A stretch of DNA of 64,000 bases from Candidatus Eremiobacteria bacterium (GTDB taxonomy: Bacteria; Vulcanimicrobiota; Vulcanimicrobiia; Vulcanimicrobiales; Vulcanimicrobiaceae). A program made the translations under genes and the position numbers. The notes below the pieces were generated by a model. The model saw only the letters and a list, made by a program, of their open reading frames with translations, was not told the DNA's origin and did no database searches. The stretch is from assembly GCA_963737065.1 (NCBI GenBank), contig CAVTRC010000001.1, forward strand, positions 1,184,001 to 1,248,000, given 5' to 3'. Each line of letters starts with the position of its first letter. The stretch's first letter is position 1. Of this stretch, positions 10,875-20,148 are shown piece after piece.

Positions 10875-12683
10875 TTACGCGGAGTGCGCATGAAGATCGA
10901 CCGCATACGCACGATCGATCGCAGCTTTATATCGTTCTTCGACCACGCGCCGCTTGATCTTCATCGACGGGGAAAGTTCGCCGCTCTCGATGCTAAACTC
11001 GCGCGGAACGATTGCGATGCGGCGGATCTGCTCGTACGTGGCGAGGTCCAATGTTTGTCTGCGCACCTCCGTTGTCATGAAATCGACGACATCTTGGCGC
11101 TCGGTAAGCTCTTCGGGCGTGAGAGTGTGCACGTTCAGCTCGACGCGGAGCAAATCCCAGTTCGGCGCAACGAGCGCGGCGGGGTACGGACGTCCGTCCC
11201 CGACGACCATCGCCTGCGCGACGAAGATCGAGCGTTTGATCGCAGCTTCGACGCGCGCCGGACTAACGTACTTACCGGTTGCCGTTTTGAACACTTCCTT
11301 TTTACGGTCGGTAATGCGGAGGTACCCGTCTGCGTCTACTTCACCGATATCGCCCGTATGAAGCCAGCCACCCGCAAGCGCCGTCGCCGTTGCATCGGGA
11401 TCGCGATAGTAACCCATCATGATGTTGCGCCCGCGTGCCAGCACTTCACCGTCTTCGGCGATTTTGATTTCGCAGCCGGGAATCGGCCGTCCGACCGCGC
11501 CGTATTTATTGAACGCGGGTGTACTTGTCGTCAGCACGGGCGACGTCTCCGTCAATCCGTAACCCTGCATGATCGGAACCCCGAGGCCAAGGAACGTCAT
11601 GGCGACATCGACGTGCAGCGCCGCGCTTCCGCTCAAGAAATGACGGATGTTCTGGAGGCCGAGCATTTTCCGGACTTTGTCGAGTACGAGACGCTTTGCA
11701 ATTGCATATTGCAGCGCGAGCGGCGGCGGCGCGGCGCCTTCGAACGTTTTCGCCGTCATGTACTCACGCCCGACCCGCAGCGCCCATGGAACGAGTTTTG
11801 CTTGCACGCCGCCGCTTTTCAGCGCCTGAGCGTGAATGCCGGCAAGTACGCGATCGAAGATTCGCGGAACCGCGGTCATTATCGTCGGATGCGTGTCGCG
11901 CATATCGGCAAGCAAGTCATTCGCATCGTGACAGATAGCGTAACGCATTCCCGCGAGCAGATAGATGTAGATCATCGTGTGCTCGTAAATATGCGAAAAC
12001 GGCAACACCGAGATCACCGATTCGCCTTTGTGCAGCTCGTCTAGTCCGTATTGCAGCGACGACTGCGCATCGAATCCCAAATTGTCATGCGAAAGCATGA
12101 CGCCTTTCGGCGCGCCGGTCGTGCCCGACGTGTAGATCAGCACGGCAAGGTCGTCGGGTTTGAGTCGCGCGTGATACTCCCCGGGCAATTCCGCATGCGC
12201 CCGGCGGATCTCGGCGCCGTGCCGCTCGAACGCGGCGAGCGACTCCGTGCCTTCGCTTTCGAAGACGATGCTCGCTGGGAGTGCCACGTTCGCCTCGCGC
12301 AAACGTTGAAGCGCAACCGCCGTGTCGATAAAGAGCAGCTTCGCCTCTGCATGTTGCAGAATAAATGCTTTGTGGTCGAGCGCCTGCGTCGGAAAGATGG
12401 GCACGACGACGCAGCCGGCAAAAAATGTGGCGAAATCGCAGATCACCCAGTCGATACAGTTGTGCGCGACAAGCGCGACGCGGTCGCCTTGCCCGAGCCC
12501 TGCCTCGCGAATCGCACACGCGACGTTTTCGACACGATCCAAAACCCGTGCGGCAGACGTCGGCGTCCATGCGTGGCTTACGCGCTCGACCAACGCGTCT
12601 TCGCGCGATTCCGAAAGCGCGCGGCGGATTAACTTTGGAAGCGTCTCTTTAGCCGGCAGTCCGTAAGAGGGCGAAGACGACAT
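10875..12683 (-). CDS. Long-chain fatty acid-CoA ligase (AMP-dependent synthetase)
   Basis: IYTSGTTGAPKGV, QGYGLTE, WLHTGDIG and ITDRKKE motifs. Confidence 0.93.
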   Translation of the reverse strand: MSSSPSYGLPAKETLPKLIRRALSESREDALVERVSHAWTPTSAARVLDRVENVACAIREAGLGQGDRVALVAHNCIDWVICDFATFFAGCVVVPIFPTQALDHKAFILQHAEAKLLFIDTAVALQRLREANVALPASIVFESEGTESLAAFERHGAEIRRAHAELPGEYHARLKPDDLAVLIYTSGTTGAPKGVMLSHDNLGFDAQSSLQYGLDELHKGESVISVLPFSHIYEHTMIYIYLLAGMRYAICHDANDLLADMRDTHPTIMTAVPRIFDRVLAGIHAQALKSGGVQAKLVPWALRVGREYMTAKTFEGAAPPPLALQYAIAKRLVLDKVRKMLGLQNIRHFLSGSAALHVDVAMTFLGLGVPIMQGYGLTETSPVLTTSTPAFNKYGAVGRPIPGCEIKIAEDGEVLARGRNIMMGYYRDPDATATALAGGWLHTGDIGEVDADGYLRITDRKKEVFKTATGKYVSPARVEAAIKRSIFVAQAMVVGDGRPYPAALVAPNWDLLRVELNVHTLTPEELTERQDVVDFMTTEVRRQTLDLATYEQIRRIAIVPREFSIESGELSPSMKIKRRVVEERYKAAIDRAYAVDLHAHSA

Positions 12684-12721
12684 TCGTCCACTTTTCGCCG
12701 AGCCCAATATTGTTCATTCTA

Positions 12722-13315
12722 TCATATACGTAAGTACGGCTCGGCGCGCGCGAGTCGCGACGCCGTCATGCCCGCGACGTCGAGGAGCTCATCGAACGTT
12801 TCGTACGCACCGTCGCGCTCGCGTACTTCGACGATGCGAGCCGCCAGTGTCGCGCCGATGCCGGGAATCGTTGCAAGCTGCGTTGGCGTCGCGGTGTTGA
12901 GGTCAAAGATGTCGGTGACGCGTTTCTTCTTCGTTTCGCGCGTGCGTCGCGCGCGCGCCGGACGAGGAGTTGGCGCGCCAAGCACCGCAACATACACTTC
13001 GTCTCCATCGGCGACGTGCGCCGCAAGGTTAATCGCTCCGGTATCGGCGTCGGGACGAAGCCCGCCCGCGCTGCGCACCGCGTCGTCGGCACGTGCGCCG
13101 TCGCGCAGATGGTACAGGCCGGGATGAACGACCGCGCCCGCAACGTACACCACGTTGTCGACAGCAGCAAAGCGTTGGTTGCGCCGGACGTGTCGTGGAG
13201 CAATCGGCGACGCGGATTGCATCGCGAACGCAGTAGCCACGTTGGCGGCGGGCGGACGCCAAATCACGACCGCGACGATGATGAGTCCGGCGAGAACGGC
13301 GAGGATGCGTTTCAT
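12722..13315 (-). CDS. comEA: Competence DNA-binding protein ComEA (SLBB + helix-hairpin-helix)
   Basis: N-terminal TM segment, VYVAGAVVHPGLY SLBB domain and DLNTAT..QLATIPGIG..LAARIV HhH. Confidence 0.9.
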   Translation of the reverse strand: MKRILAVLAGLIIVAVVIWRPPAANVATAFAMQSASPIAPRHVRRNQRFAAVDNVVYVAGAVVHPGLYHLRDGARADDAVRSAGGLRPDADTGAINLAAHVADGDEVYVAVLGAPTPRPARARRTRETKKKRVTDIFDLNTATPTQLATIPGIGATLAARIVEVRERDGAYETFDELLDVAGMTASRLARAEPYLRI

Positions 13316-13335
13316 ACCCCCCGTTCACGCGCCGG

Positions 13336-13974
13336 CTACGAGCCGACTAGCGTCGCGTCGATCGACGTCGAGTATAGTGCGTTCGGCGGCCGCGTCACAT
13401 CGTGCACGAACAGCGCCGCCGACTGTGACCGGTCGTACGACACATGTTCTTCCTCGATCGTCCCCGCCGAACGGACGTTGCGCAAAATTGTCAGGTCGAC
13501 CCGCGACGCATCATGCGGATCGGCAACCGCGCTGGTCGTGTACTGCCGCTGCCCCCGCTCGATACCGGCGCCGGTCACTGCCGAAGCGAATACGGCGAAC
13601 GTGCCGCGTGATACCGGAATAATCCCAGGCGCCAACAGCGGCAACAACACCGCTTCCCCAGCGGATGGAAATTCTTCGGCTCCGCAGAGCACGTCGCCGC
13701 GTTCGTACACTTCGCACCGTACGGTCTGCCGTGAACGGACGGCATTCCACGTCGTCTGCGTGGCAGCCACGACGGTGCCGCCGTCCTTCGCGGAGCCCAA
13801 CACATCGATGTCGACGGTCGCCGTACCCGGTCCATCCGCGTTGCGGATCGGCGCGGCGGCGGTCTTCGTCGGGTAGATCGTGACCGCGTACTCGAGGTGG
13901 CGTACCATAGCGGCGCGTGCCGGCGTCGCAAGCATGACGGCCGCGACGATCGAGGAAACAGCAAGGAATCGCAT
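13336..13974 (-). CDS. Secreted hypothetical protein
   Basis: Signal peptide MRFLAVSSIVAAVMLATPARA, with a GGGGAGGA SD upstream. Confidence 0.65.
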   Translation of the reverse strand: MRFLAVSSIVAAVMLATPARAAMVRHLEYAVTIYPTKTAAAPIRNADGPGTATVDIDVLGSAKDGGTVVAATQTTWNAVRSRQTVRCEVYERGDVLCGAEEFPSAGEAVLLPLLAPGIIPVSRGTFAVFASAVTGAGIERGQRQYTTSAVADPHDASRVDLTILRNVRSAGTIEEEHVSYDRSQSAALFVHDVTRPPNALYSTSIDATLVGS

Positions 13975-14066
13975 CAGTAGTCCTCCCCTGTACATCAGCT
14001 TGCCAAGGGTCCCTGAAGAACCGCTGACAGTCAAAAGGTAGCGCGGAACCGGGCGCCCCAAGTACC

Positions 14067-16553
14067 ATGCCTTCTATGGCCGAGACGTACGATTTCCGGA
14101 AGATCGAGCGCGCGTGGCAACAACGCTGGGAGCGCGAGCAGATTTATCGCGCGGACGATAATGACCCGCGCCCGAAATACTATGTGCTCGAGATGCTTCC
14201 GTATCCGTCGGGCGATCTGCACGTCGGCCATGCGAAAAACTATACGCTCGGCGACGCGGTCGCGCGCACGATGCGCATGCTCGGCTACAACGTTCTGCAT
14301 CCGATGGGGTGGGATGCCTTCGGACTTCCCGCGGAAAACGCCGCGATTGCGCGCGGCATTGCGCCGGCGACGTGGACGGACTCGAATATCGCGAACATGC
14401 AGCGCCAGATCCGGTTGATGGGGACCGGGTACGACTGGAGCCGTGAAGTCGCGACGTGCGAGGCCGAGTATTACCGTTGGAACCAATGGCTTTTCTTGCG
14501 CTTGTACGAGAATGGTCTCGCCTACAAGCGCGAAGCTCCGGTGAATTGGTGTCCTCACGATCAGACCGTCCTCGCAAACGAGCAAGTCATCGACGGCCGA
14601 TGCTGGCGCTGCGGCCACTTGGTCGAACGACGCAACTTGTCGCAATGGTTTCTGAAAATCACCGATTACGCAGATCGTCTGCTGGCGGGTCTCGACGACT
14701 TGGACGGCTGGCCCGAGCGCACGAAGACGATGCAACGCAATTGGATCGGCCGCAGCACCGGCGTTACGCTGCGATGGAAGATCGAGCAATCGCAAGCGAC
14801 GTTCGAGACGTTCACGACGCGCGTCGACACGATCTTCGGCGTGACGTTCGTTGTGCTGGCGCCCGAACACCCCGCCGTTGCATCGATCAAATCCATCGTA
14901 TCGAAGAAGAATGCCGGCGCGATCGATACGTTTGCAGAGTCATTGGCATCGAAGTCGGAACTCGAGCGCACGAGCTTGATGGAGAAAGAAGGCGTATTTA
15001 CCGGCGCCTACGCGATCAATCCGATCTCGCACGAACGCGTTCCGATCTATGTTGCGAACTACGTCGTGGCGGAATACGGAACCGGCGCAGTGCAAGGCGT
15101 ACCGGCGCACGACGAACGCGACTTCGAGTTTGCGAAGAAGTACGGCTTACCGATCGCGCAAGTCATCGCGCAATCCGACGCCGGCGTCGATGGTCCGCTC
15201 ACCGAGGCGTACACCGGCGAAGGGCGCCTCATTGCGAGCGGCGACTACACCGGCATGCGCAGCGAGCGGGCGCGTAACGTGATCGCTGAACACGTGAAAG
15301 CCGCCGGGATCGGCGATACGGCGGTGCACTACCGCTTCCGCGACTGGCTGGTCTCGCGACAGCGATATTGGGGCACGCCGATTCCGATCGTCTACTGCGA
15401 TCGTTGCGGCGAGGTGCCCGTGCCCGACGATCGACTGCCGGTAGCGCTTCCCGCCGACGTGCCGATCACCGGTGAAGGATCACCGCTCGCGCGTGATGCG
15501 GAATTCATCAATACCACGTGTCCGTCGTGCGGTGGCGCAGCGCGGCGCGAGAGCGATACGATGGACACGTTCTTCGAGTCCTCTTGGTACTATTTGCGCT
15601 ATCTCGACCCACATAATAGCGCCGCACCGTGGGCGATAGACCACGCGCAACAATGGATGAACGTCGATCAATACATCGGCGGTGCGGAACACACGGTACT
15701 GCATCTGCTCTACTCGCGCTTCTTTTATAAGTTCTTCCACGATCGAGGCTGGGTGAGCGCAAGCGAAGAGCCGTTCCAGCGGCTGTTCCATCAAGGCATG
15801 GTGCTGTATAACGGCGAGAAGATGTCGAAGTCGCGCGGCAACGTCATCGGTATCGATGAAACGGCCGAGGAAAACGGCGTCGATGCGATGCGCCTCTTCT
15901 TGCTCTACGTGACGCCGCCGGAGGATACGAGCGACTGGACCGACGAGGGAATCAACGGTCGCGTGCGTTTCCTCAATCGCGTGTGGCGCGCGTCGGAGCC
16001 GTTCGTCTCTGCCGCGGCCGCCGTTTCGCCGCGTGAATTGCCGCCGATCGCAAATGCGGAAGATCGCGCACTCGTTCGCGCCGTGCACGTCGTCGCGAAA
16101 TCGATCGTAGACGAAGTATCATCGCGGCGCTTTCATTTCAACACGACGATCGCGAAGCTCGACGAACTCGTAAACGCGATGACGGCCGCTGCGCAGAAGA
16201 TGCCGGATTCGCGCGCGTTTCTCTATGCCGTGCACGCGCTGCCGCTGCTGCTCGCTCCGTATGCGCCGCATATCGCCGAAGAACTGTGGTCGCGGCTCGG
16301 GCACCCGGCATCGGTGCACTTGGAACGCGTCGTCGAACCGGACGATGCCGCGCTCGAAGTTGACGAGATCACGCTTGTCGTGCAGGTGAACGGCAAGGTT
16401 CGCGCGCGCATTAACGCGCAGCCGGGCATCGCGGAAGACGACGCGGTCGCGCTTGCGCTCGCCGATCCGAACGTGCGCGCGCAGATGGACGGCAGGGAAG
16501 TGCGCAAGCGCATCTTCGTTCCCGACAAGCTCGTCAATCTGGTCGTCGCATGA
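14067..16553 (+). CDS. leuS: Leucine--tRNA ligase
   Basis: MLPYPSGDLHVGH (HIGH), GWDAFGLPAENAA, YGTGAV and KMSKS motifs. Confidence 0.98.
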   Translation: MPSMAETYDFRKIERAWQQRWEREQIYRADDNDPRPKYYVLEMLPYPSGDLHVGHAKNYTLGDAVARTMRMLGYNVLHPMGWDAFGLPAENAAIARGIAPATWTDSNIANMQRQIRLMGTGYDWSREVATCEAEYYRWNQWLFLRLYENGLAYKREAPVNWCPHDQTVLANEQVIDGRCWRCGHLVERRNLSQWFLKITDYADRLLAGLDDLDGWPERTKTMQRNWIGRSTGVTLRWKIEQSQATFETFTTRVDTIFGVTFVVLAPEHPAVASIKSIVSKKNAGAIDTFAESLASKSELERTSLMEKEGVFTGAYAINPISHERVPIYVANYVVAEYGTGAVQGVPAHDERDFEFAKKYGLPIAQVIAQSDAGVDGPLTEAYTGEGRLIASGDYTGMRSERARNVIAEHVKAAGIGDTAVHYRFRDWLVSRQRYWGTPIPIVYCDRCGEVPVPDDRLPVALPADVPITGEGSPLARDAEFINTTCPSCGGAARRESDTMDTFFESSWYYLRYLDPHNSAAPWAIDHAQQWMNVDQYIGGAEHTVLHLLYSRFFYKFFHDRGWVSASEEPFQRLFHQGMVLYNGEKMSKSRGNVIGIDETAEENGVDAMRLFLLYVTPPEDTSDWTDEGINGRVRFLNRVWRASEPFVSAAAAVSPRELPPIANAEDRALVRAVHVVAKSIVDEVSSRRFHFNTTIAKLDELVNAMTAAAQKMPDSRAFLYAVHALPLLLAPYAPHIAEELWSRLGHPASVHLERVVEPDDAALEVDEITLVVQVNGKVRARINAQPGIAEDDAVALALADPNVRAQMDGREVRKRIFVPDKLVNLVVA

Positions 16554-17770
16554 GCGACGTTCGCCGTACGCTTGCCGCGCGGTGTTGCGTCGTGGGCGGT
16601 GGTCCAGCCGGGATCATGCTCGGCTATCTCTTGGCACGTCAAGGCCACAGCGTGATCGTTCTGGAGAAGCACGGGGACTTTCTGCGCGACTTCCGCGGCG
16701 ACACCGTCCACCCGTCGACGATGAACGTCCTCGATGAACTCGGTCTGCTGGACGAATTCTTGAAACGTCCCCATTCGCAGATTCAACGCCTTTCGGGTCA
16801 CGTCGGTTCGGACACGATCCCGATCGCGGACCTTTCACACGTGCCCGGACGCGCGAAGTTCATCGCAATTATGCCGCAGTGGGATTTTCTCAGTTTTATC
16901 ACGGAGAAAGCGCGCGCGTTTGGCGGATTCCAACTATTGATGAATACGGCGGGCGTGGACGTCGTTCGCGATGCAAACCGCGTCATCGGCGTCCGCGCGA
17001 ACGGGCCCGAGGGCGCGCTCGAGATTCGTGCGGACGTCGTGGTTGCATGCGACGGCCGTCACTCCACGATGCGTTCGGCGGCGTCGATGAAGCCGCGCGA
17101 CCTCGGCGCGCCGATGGACGTGCTGTGGATGCGCTTATCGAAAAAACCGGGCGATCAAAACGCCGCGCTCGGGTTCGTCGGCGCCGGCGTCATTCTCGTG
17201 TTCATCGACCGTGGCGAGTATTGGCAGTGTGGATTCGTGATCCCGAAAGGCGCCGGCGAACGCGTGCGAGCGCGCGGGCTGGACGCGTTTCGAAACGAGA
17301 TCGCCAAGCTTGCGACGTTTGCAGCCGACCGCGTCGACGAACTGAAGACTTGGGATGACGTCAAATTGCTGTCCGTTGCGGTCGATCGGCTCGAGCGCTG
17401 GTTCATTTCCGGAATGCTTTTTATCGGTGATGCGGCGCACACCATGTCGCCGGTCGGCGGCGTCGGGATCAATCTCGCGATCCAGGACGCGGTCGCGACC
17501 GCCAATATTGTGGGTGCCGCACTCGATACGCCCGGGCGCGTATCTGACGACGTGCTTGAATCAGTTCAGCGACGACGGATGTTCCCCACGGTGACGACGC
17601 AAGCGCTGCAGGTTTTCATTCAACGGCGCATCATCGCCTCGGTGCTGCGCTCCGAAGCGCCGCCGAAGCGCGCGCCGTTGATTTTGCGTGTCTTGGTCGA
17701 CATTCCGGGCTTCCGGCGCATTCCCGCGTACGTCGTCGGCATCGGTTTCCGGCCCGAACACGTCCGGTGA
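16550..17770 (+). CDS. FAD-dependent oxidoreductase (UbiH-like monooxygenase)
   Basis: GGGPAG, DFRGDTVHPST, ACDGRHS and IGDAAHTMSPVGGVGINLAIQDA motifs. Confidence 0.9.
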   Translation: MSDVRRTLAARCCVVGGGPAGIMLGYLLARQGHSVIVLEKHGDFLRDFRGDTVHPSTMNVLDELGLLDEFLKRPHSQIQRLSGHVGSDTIPIADLSHVPGRAKFIAIMPQWDFLSFITEKARAFGGFQLLMNTAGVDVVRDANRVIGVRANGPEGALEIRADVVVACDGRHSTMRSAASMKPRDLGAPMDVLWMRLSKKPGDQNAALGFVGAGVILVFIDRGEYWQCGFVIPKGAGERVRARGLDAFRNEIAKLATFAADRVDELKTWDDVKLLSVAVDRLERWFISGMLFIGDAAHTMSPVGGVGINLAIQDAVATANIVGAALDTPGRVSDDVLESVQRRRMFPTVTTQALQVFIQRRIIASVLRSEAPPKRAPLILRVLVDIPGFRRIPAYVVGIGFRPEHVR

Positions 17771-19425
17771 GCAACATCGCCGCGCGTCTGGAGCGGCTTC
17801 CTCCGTCGCGGTCTCTTCGTAACATCGTGCTGCGTATATCGGCGGGTGCGTGGTTCGAGCTGTACGACCTCTTCATGACGGCGTACATCGCGCTCGGCCT
17901 CGTTAAAGACGGCATCTTTGAAGCCGCGACCCCGAATCCATTCGTCGTGAACTCGCTCGCAAGTTTCGTTGCGTCGGGTTTCGCAGGCATGTTCGTCGGA
18001 ACGATCCTTTTCAGTTGGATCTCGGACCACTATGGGCGCAAAGCGACGTTCGTATACGCGCTTGCATGGTACTCTTTCGCAAATTTCATCATGGCCTTTG
18101 CGCACGGGGCGGCTGCCATCGACTTCTGGCGCTTCATCGCGGGCATCGGCATCGGCGTGCAACTGATCACCGTCGATACGTACATCTGCGAGTTCACGCC
18201 GAAGAATATGCGCGGACGCGCGATCGCACTTTCGCAGTTCATCGGGTACACGTCGGTACCCGTCGCCGCGCTGCTGAGCTACGTGCTCGTTCCGCACACG
18301 ATTGCAGGTGTTTCCGGTTGGCGATTCGTTGCGCTGGTCGGTTCGCTCGGTATCGTGGCGATGTGGTTTATCCGCGGCGGTCTGCCTGAGTCCCCGCGTT
18401 GGCATGAATCGCGCGGCCGCACCCACGATGCTGAGGCGGCGATGAGTTCACTTGAACGGGCGGTTACGAGCGAAACGGGTAGCGAACTGCCCGCAACGCA
18501 AGCGGCAACGCCAACGCAGGCGCGCGGCTCGTGGCGTGATATGTGGAAGCCGCCGTATCGCAAGCGCACCATCACCATGATCGCGTTCAATGCCACGCAG
18601 ACGTTCGGATTCTATGGCTTCGCATCGTGGGTGCCGATTCTGCTCGCGAACGAAGGCGTGAGCATCGTCCACTCGCTGCTCTATACCTTTTTGATTGCCC
18701 TCGTGAATCCGATTGGCCCGTTGCTCGGCATGCGGTACGCGGACCGCTGGGAGCGAAGATGGCAGCTCGTTGTGCTGGCGACGGCTATTGCGGTGTTCGG
18801 CTTGATTTTCGCGCATGTGCGCGCGCCCGCGCTCATCATTCTGATGGGCACGCTGATCACACTATCGAACGGTCTTTTCTCGGTCGCACAGCATGCCTAT
18901 CAGGCGGAACTCTTTCCGACCGCAATACGAGCGCGCGCAACGGGATTCGTCTATTCGTGGAGCCGATGTGCATCCATTTTCGTCAGCTTCGTCATCGGCG
19001 CGGTACTCGCACGATATGGAACGAGCGGCGTCTTCATCGTGATCGCAGCCGCAATGGCGGTCGTCGTGATCGTCATCGGCGGCTTCGGCACGAGCACGCG
19101 CGGGTTATCGCTCGAGGAACTCGCCGGCGTTGCAAACGCAGAACCCGTTACGCGCCGCCGCTTACGCGGGAACGAGCGCCTTGAAATAGTCGTACGTTTC
19201 TTGCATTCCGTCGAGCAGGTTCGTCTGCGGCGTCCATCCGAGTTCTTTTTTGGCCAGCGCCGCATCGAATTGCGCGTCGCGCGCATCACCCGGGCGTTTC
19301 GGCGCATGCGTGACCGGTGCTTCGAATCCGCTGATCTGCACGAGCGTTCGATAGATCTCATTCACGCTCGTTTTGACATTCGTTCCGATCACGTAGCAGC
19401 CGCCGCTGCCGTTATCGAGCGCTAA
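17767..19425 (+). CDS. MFS transporter (true 3' end probably near 19160)
   Basis: SDHYGRK, LPESPRW and ELFPTAIRA motifs. Homology ends at TRGLSLEEL, and the last ~88 codons overlap the opposite-strand epimerase. Confidence 0.85.
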   Translation: MSNIAARLERLPPSRSLRNIVLRISAGAWFELYDLFMTAYIALGLVKDGIFEAATPNPFVVNSLASFVASGFAGMFVGTILFSWISDHYGRKATFVYALAWYSFANFIMAFAHGAAAIDFWRFIAGIGIGVQLITVDTYICEFTPKNMRGRAIALSQFIGYTSVPVAALLSYVLVPHTIAGVSGWRFVALVGSLGIVAMWFIRGGLPESPRWHESRGRTHDAEAAMSSLERAVTSETGSELPATQAATPTQARGSWRDMWKPPYRKRTITMIAFNATQTFGFYGFASWVPILLANEGVSIVHSLLYTFLIALVNPIGPLLGMRYADRWERRWQLVVLATAIAVFGLIFAHVRAPALIILMGTLITLSNGLFSVAQHAYQAELFPTAIRARATGFVYSWSRCASIFVSFVIGAVLARYGTSGVFIVIAAAMAVVVIVIGGFGTSTRGLSLEELAGVANAEPVTRRRLRGNERLEIVVRFLHSVEQVRLRRPSEFFFGQRRIELRVARITRAFRRMRDRCFESADLHERSIDLIHARFDIRSDHVAAAAAVIER

Positions 19426-20095
19426 AACATTCGCTCGCGCAACGTCTTTGACGAAGACGTAATCGCGCGTCTGCTCGCCGTCCCAATCGATGCGAATCCC
19501 TTCGTGTTTGAGGAACTTGCCGATGAAAATCGAAATGACGCCCGCTTCGCCATTAGGATCCTGCCGCGGGCCGTACACGTTGCCGTAGCGCAACGCCGTG
19601 AAGTCGAGTCCCTTTTCGTTTTTGTAGAACCGCAGATAGTGCTCGGCCACCATCTTCGTGATACCGTACGGCGAGGTGGGATTTTGCCGGGTCGCTTCCG
19701 TGATCGGGAAGCGTTCCGGCGTGCCAAACGTCGCGCCGCTCGACGCAAAGAGCACCTTCTTCACGCCGGACTTTGACCGACGCGTCGAGCACATTGATCA
19801 GTCCCATGACGTTGACGTCGGCATCGTACTTCGGATCGCGCGACGAGATCGCGACGGAGTGTTGCGCGGCGTGATGGCTGACGACATCCGGCCGGAATTC
19901 TTGAAAGATGCGTGCGACGTTCTCGTCCCGGATGTCCATGTGCACGAAGCTTGCGCGCTCCGGAATGTTCGCACGCCGCCCGCCACCGTGTTCCCACAAC
20001 GAATCGAGAACGAGCACGTCGTGCCCGCCCGCTACGTACGCATCCGCGATATGTGACCCGATGAAGCCGGCGCCGCCGGTGATGATAATCCGCAC
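19162..20095 (-). CDS. NAD-dependent epimerase/dehydratase (GalE-like), +1 frameshift near 19773
   Basis: GTG start with a GAGGGAG SD. ITGGAGFIGSH in one frame; YGITK, RYGNVYGPRQ and QTRDYVFV in the other. Confidence 0.9.
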
Positions 20096-20148
20096 TACGA
20101 GCTCCCTCGTTCCCTTGCATAACGCGCACCGGGTCGCAGAAGCACTAC

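Noticed and set aside
3960..12044. Long antisense or alternate-frame ORFs (e.g. 3960..5069, 8697..9572, 10869..12044)
   Set aside because: These are shadow ORFs typical of high-GC DNA, overlapping well-supported genes and lacking motifs.
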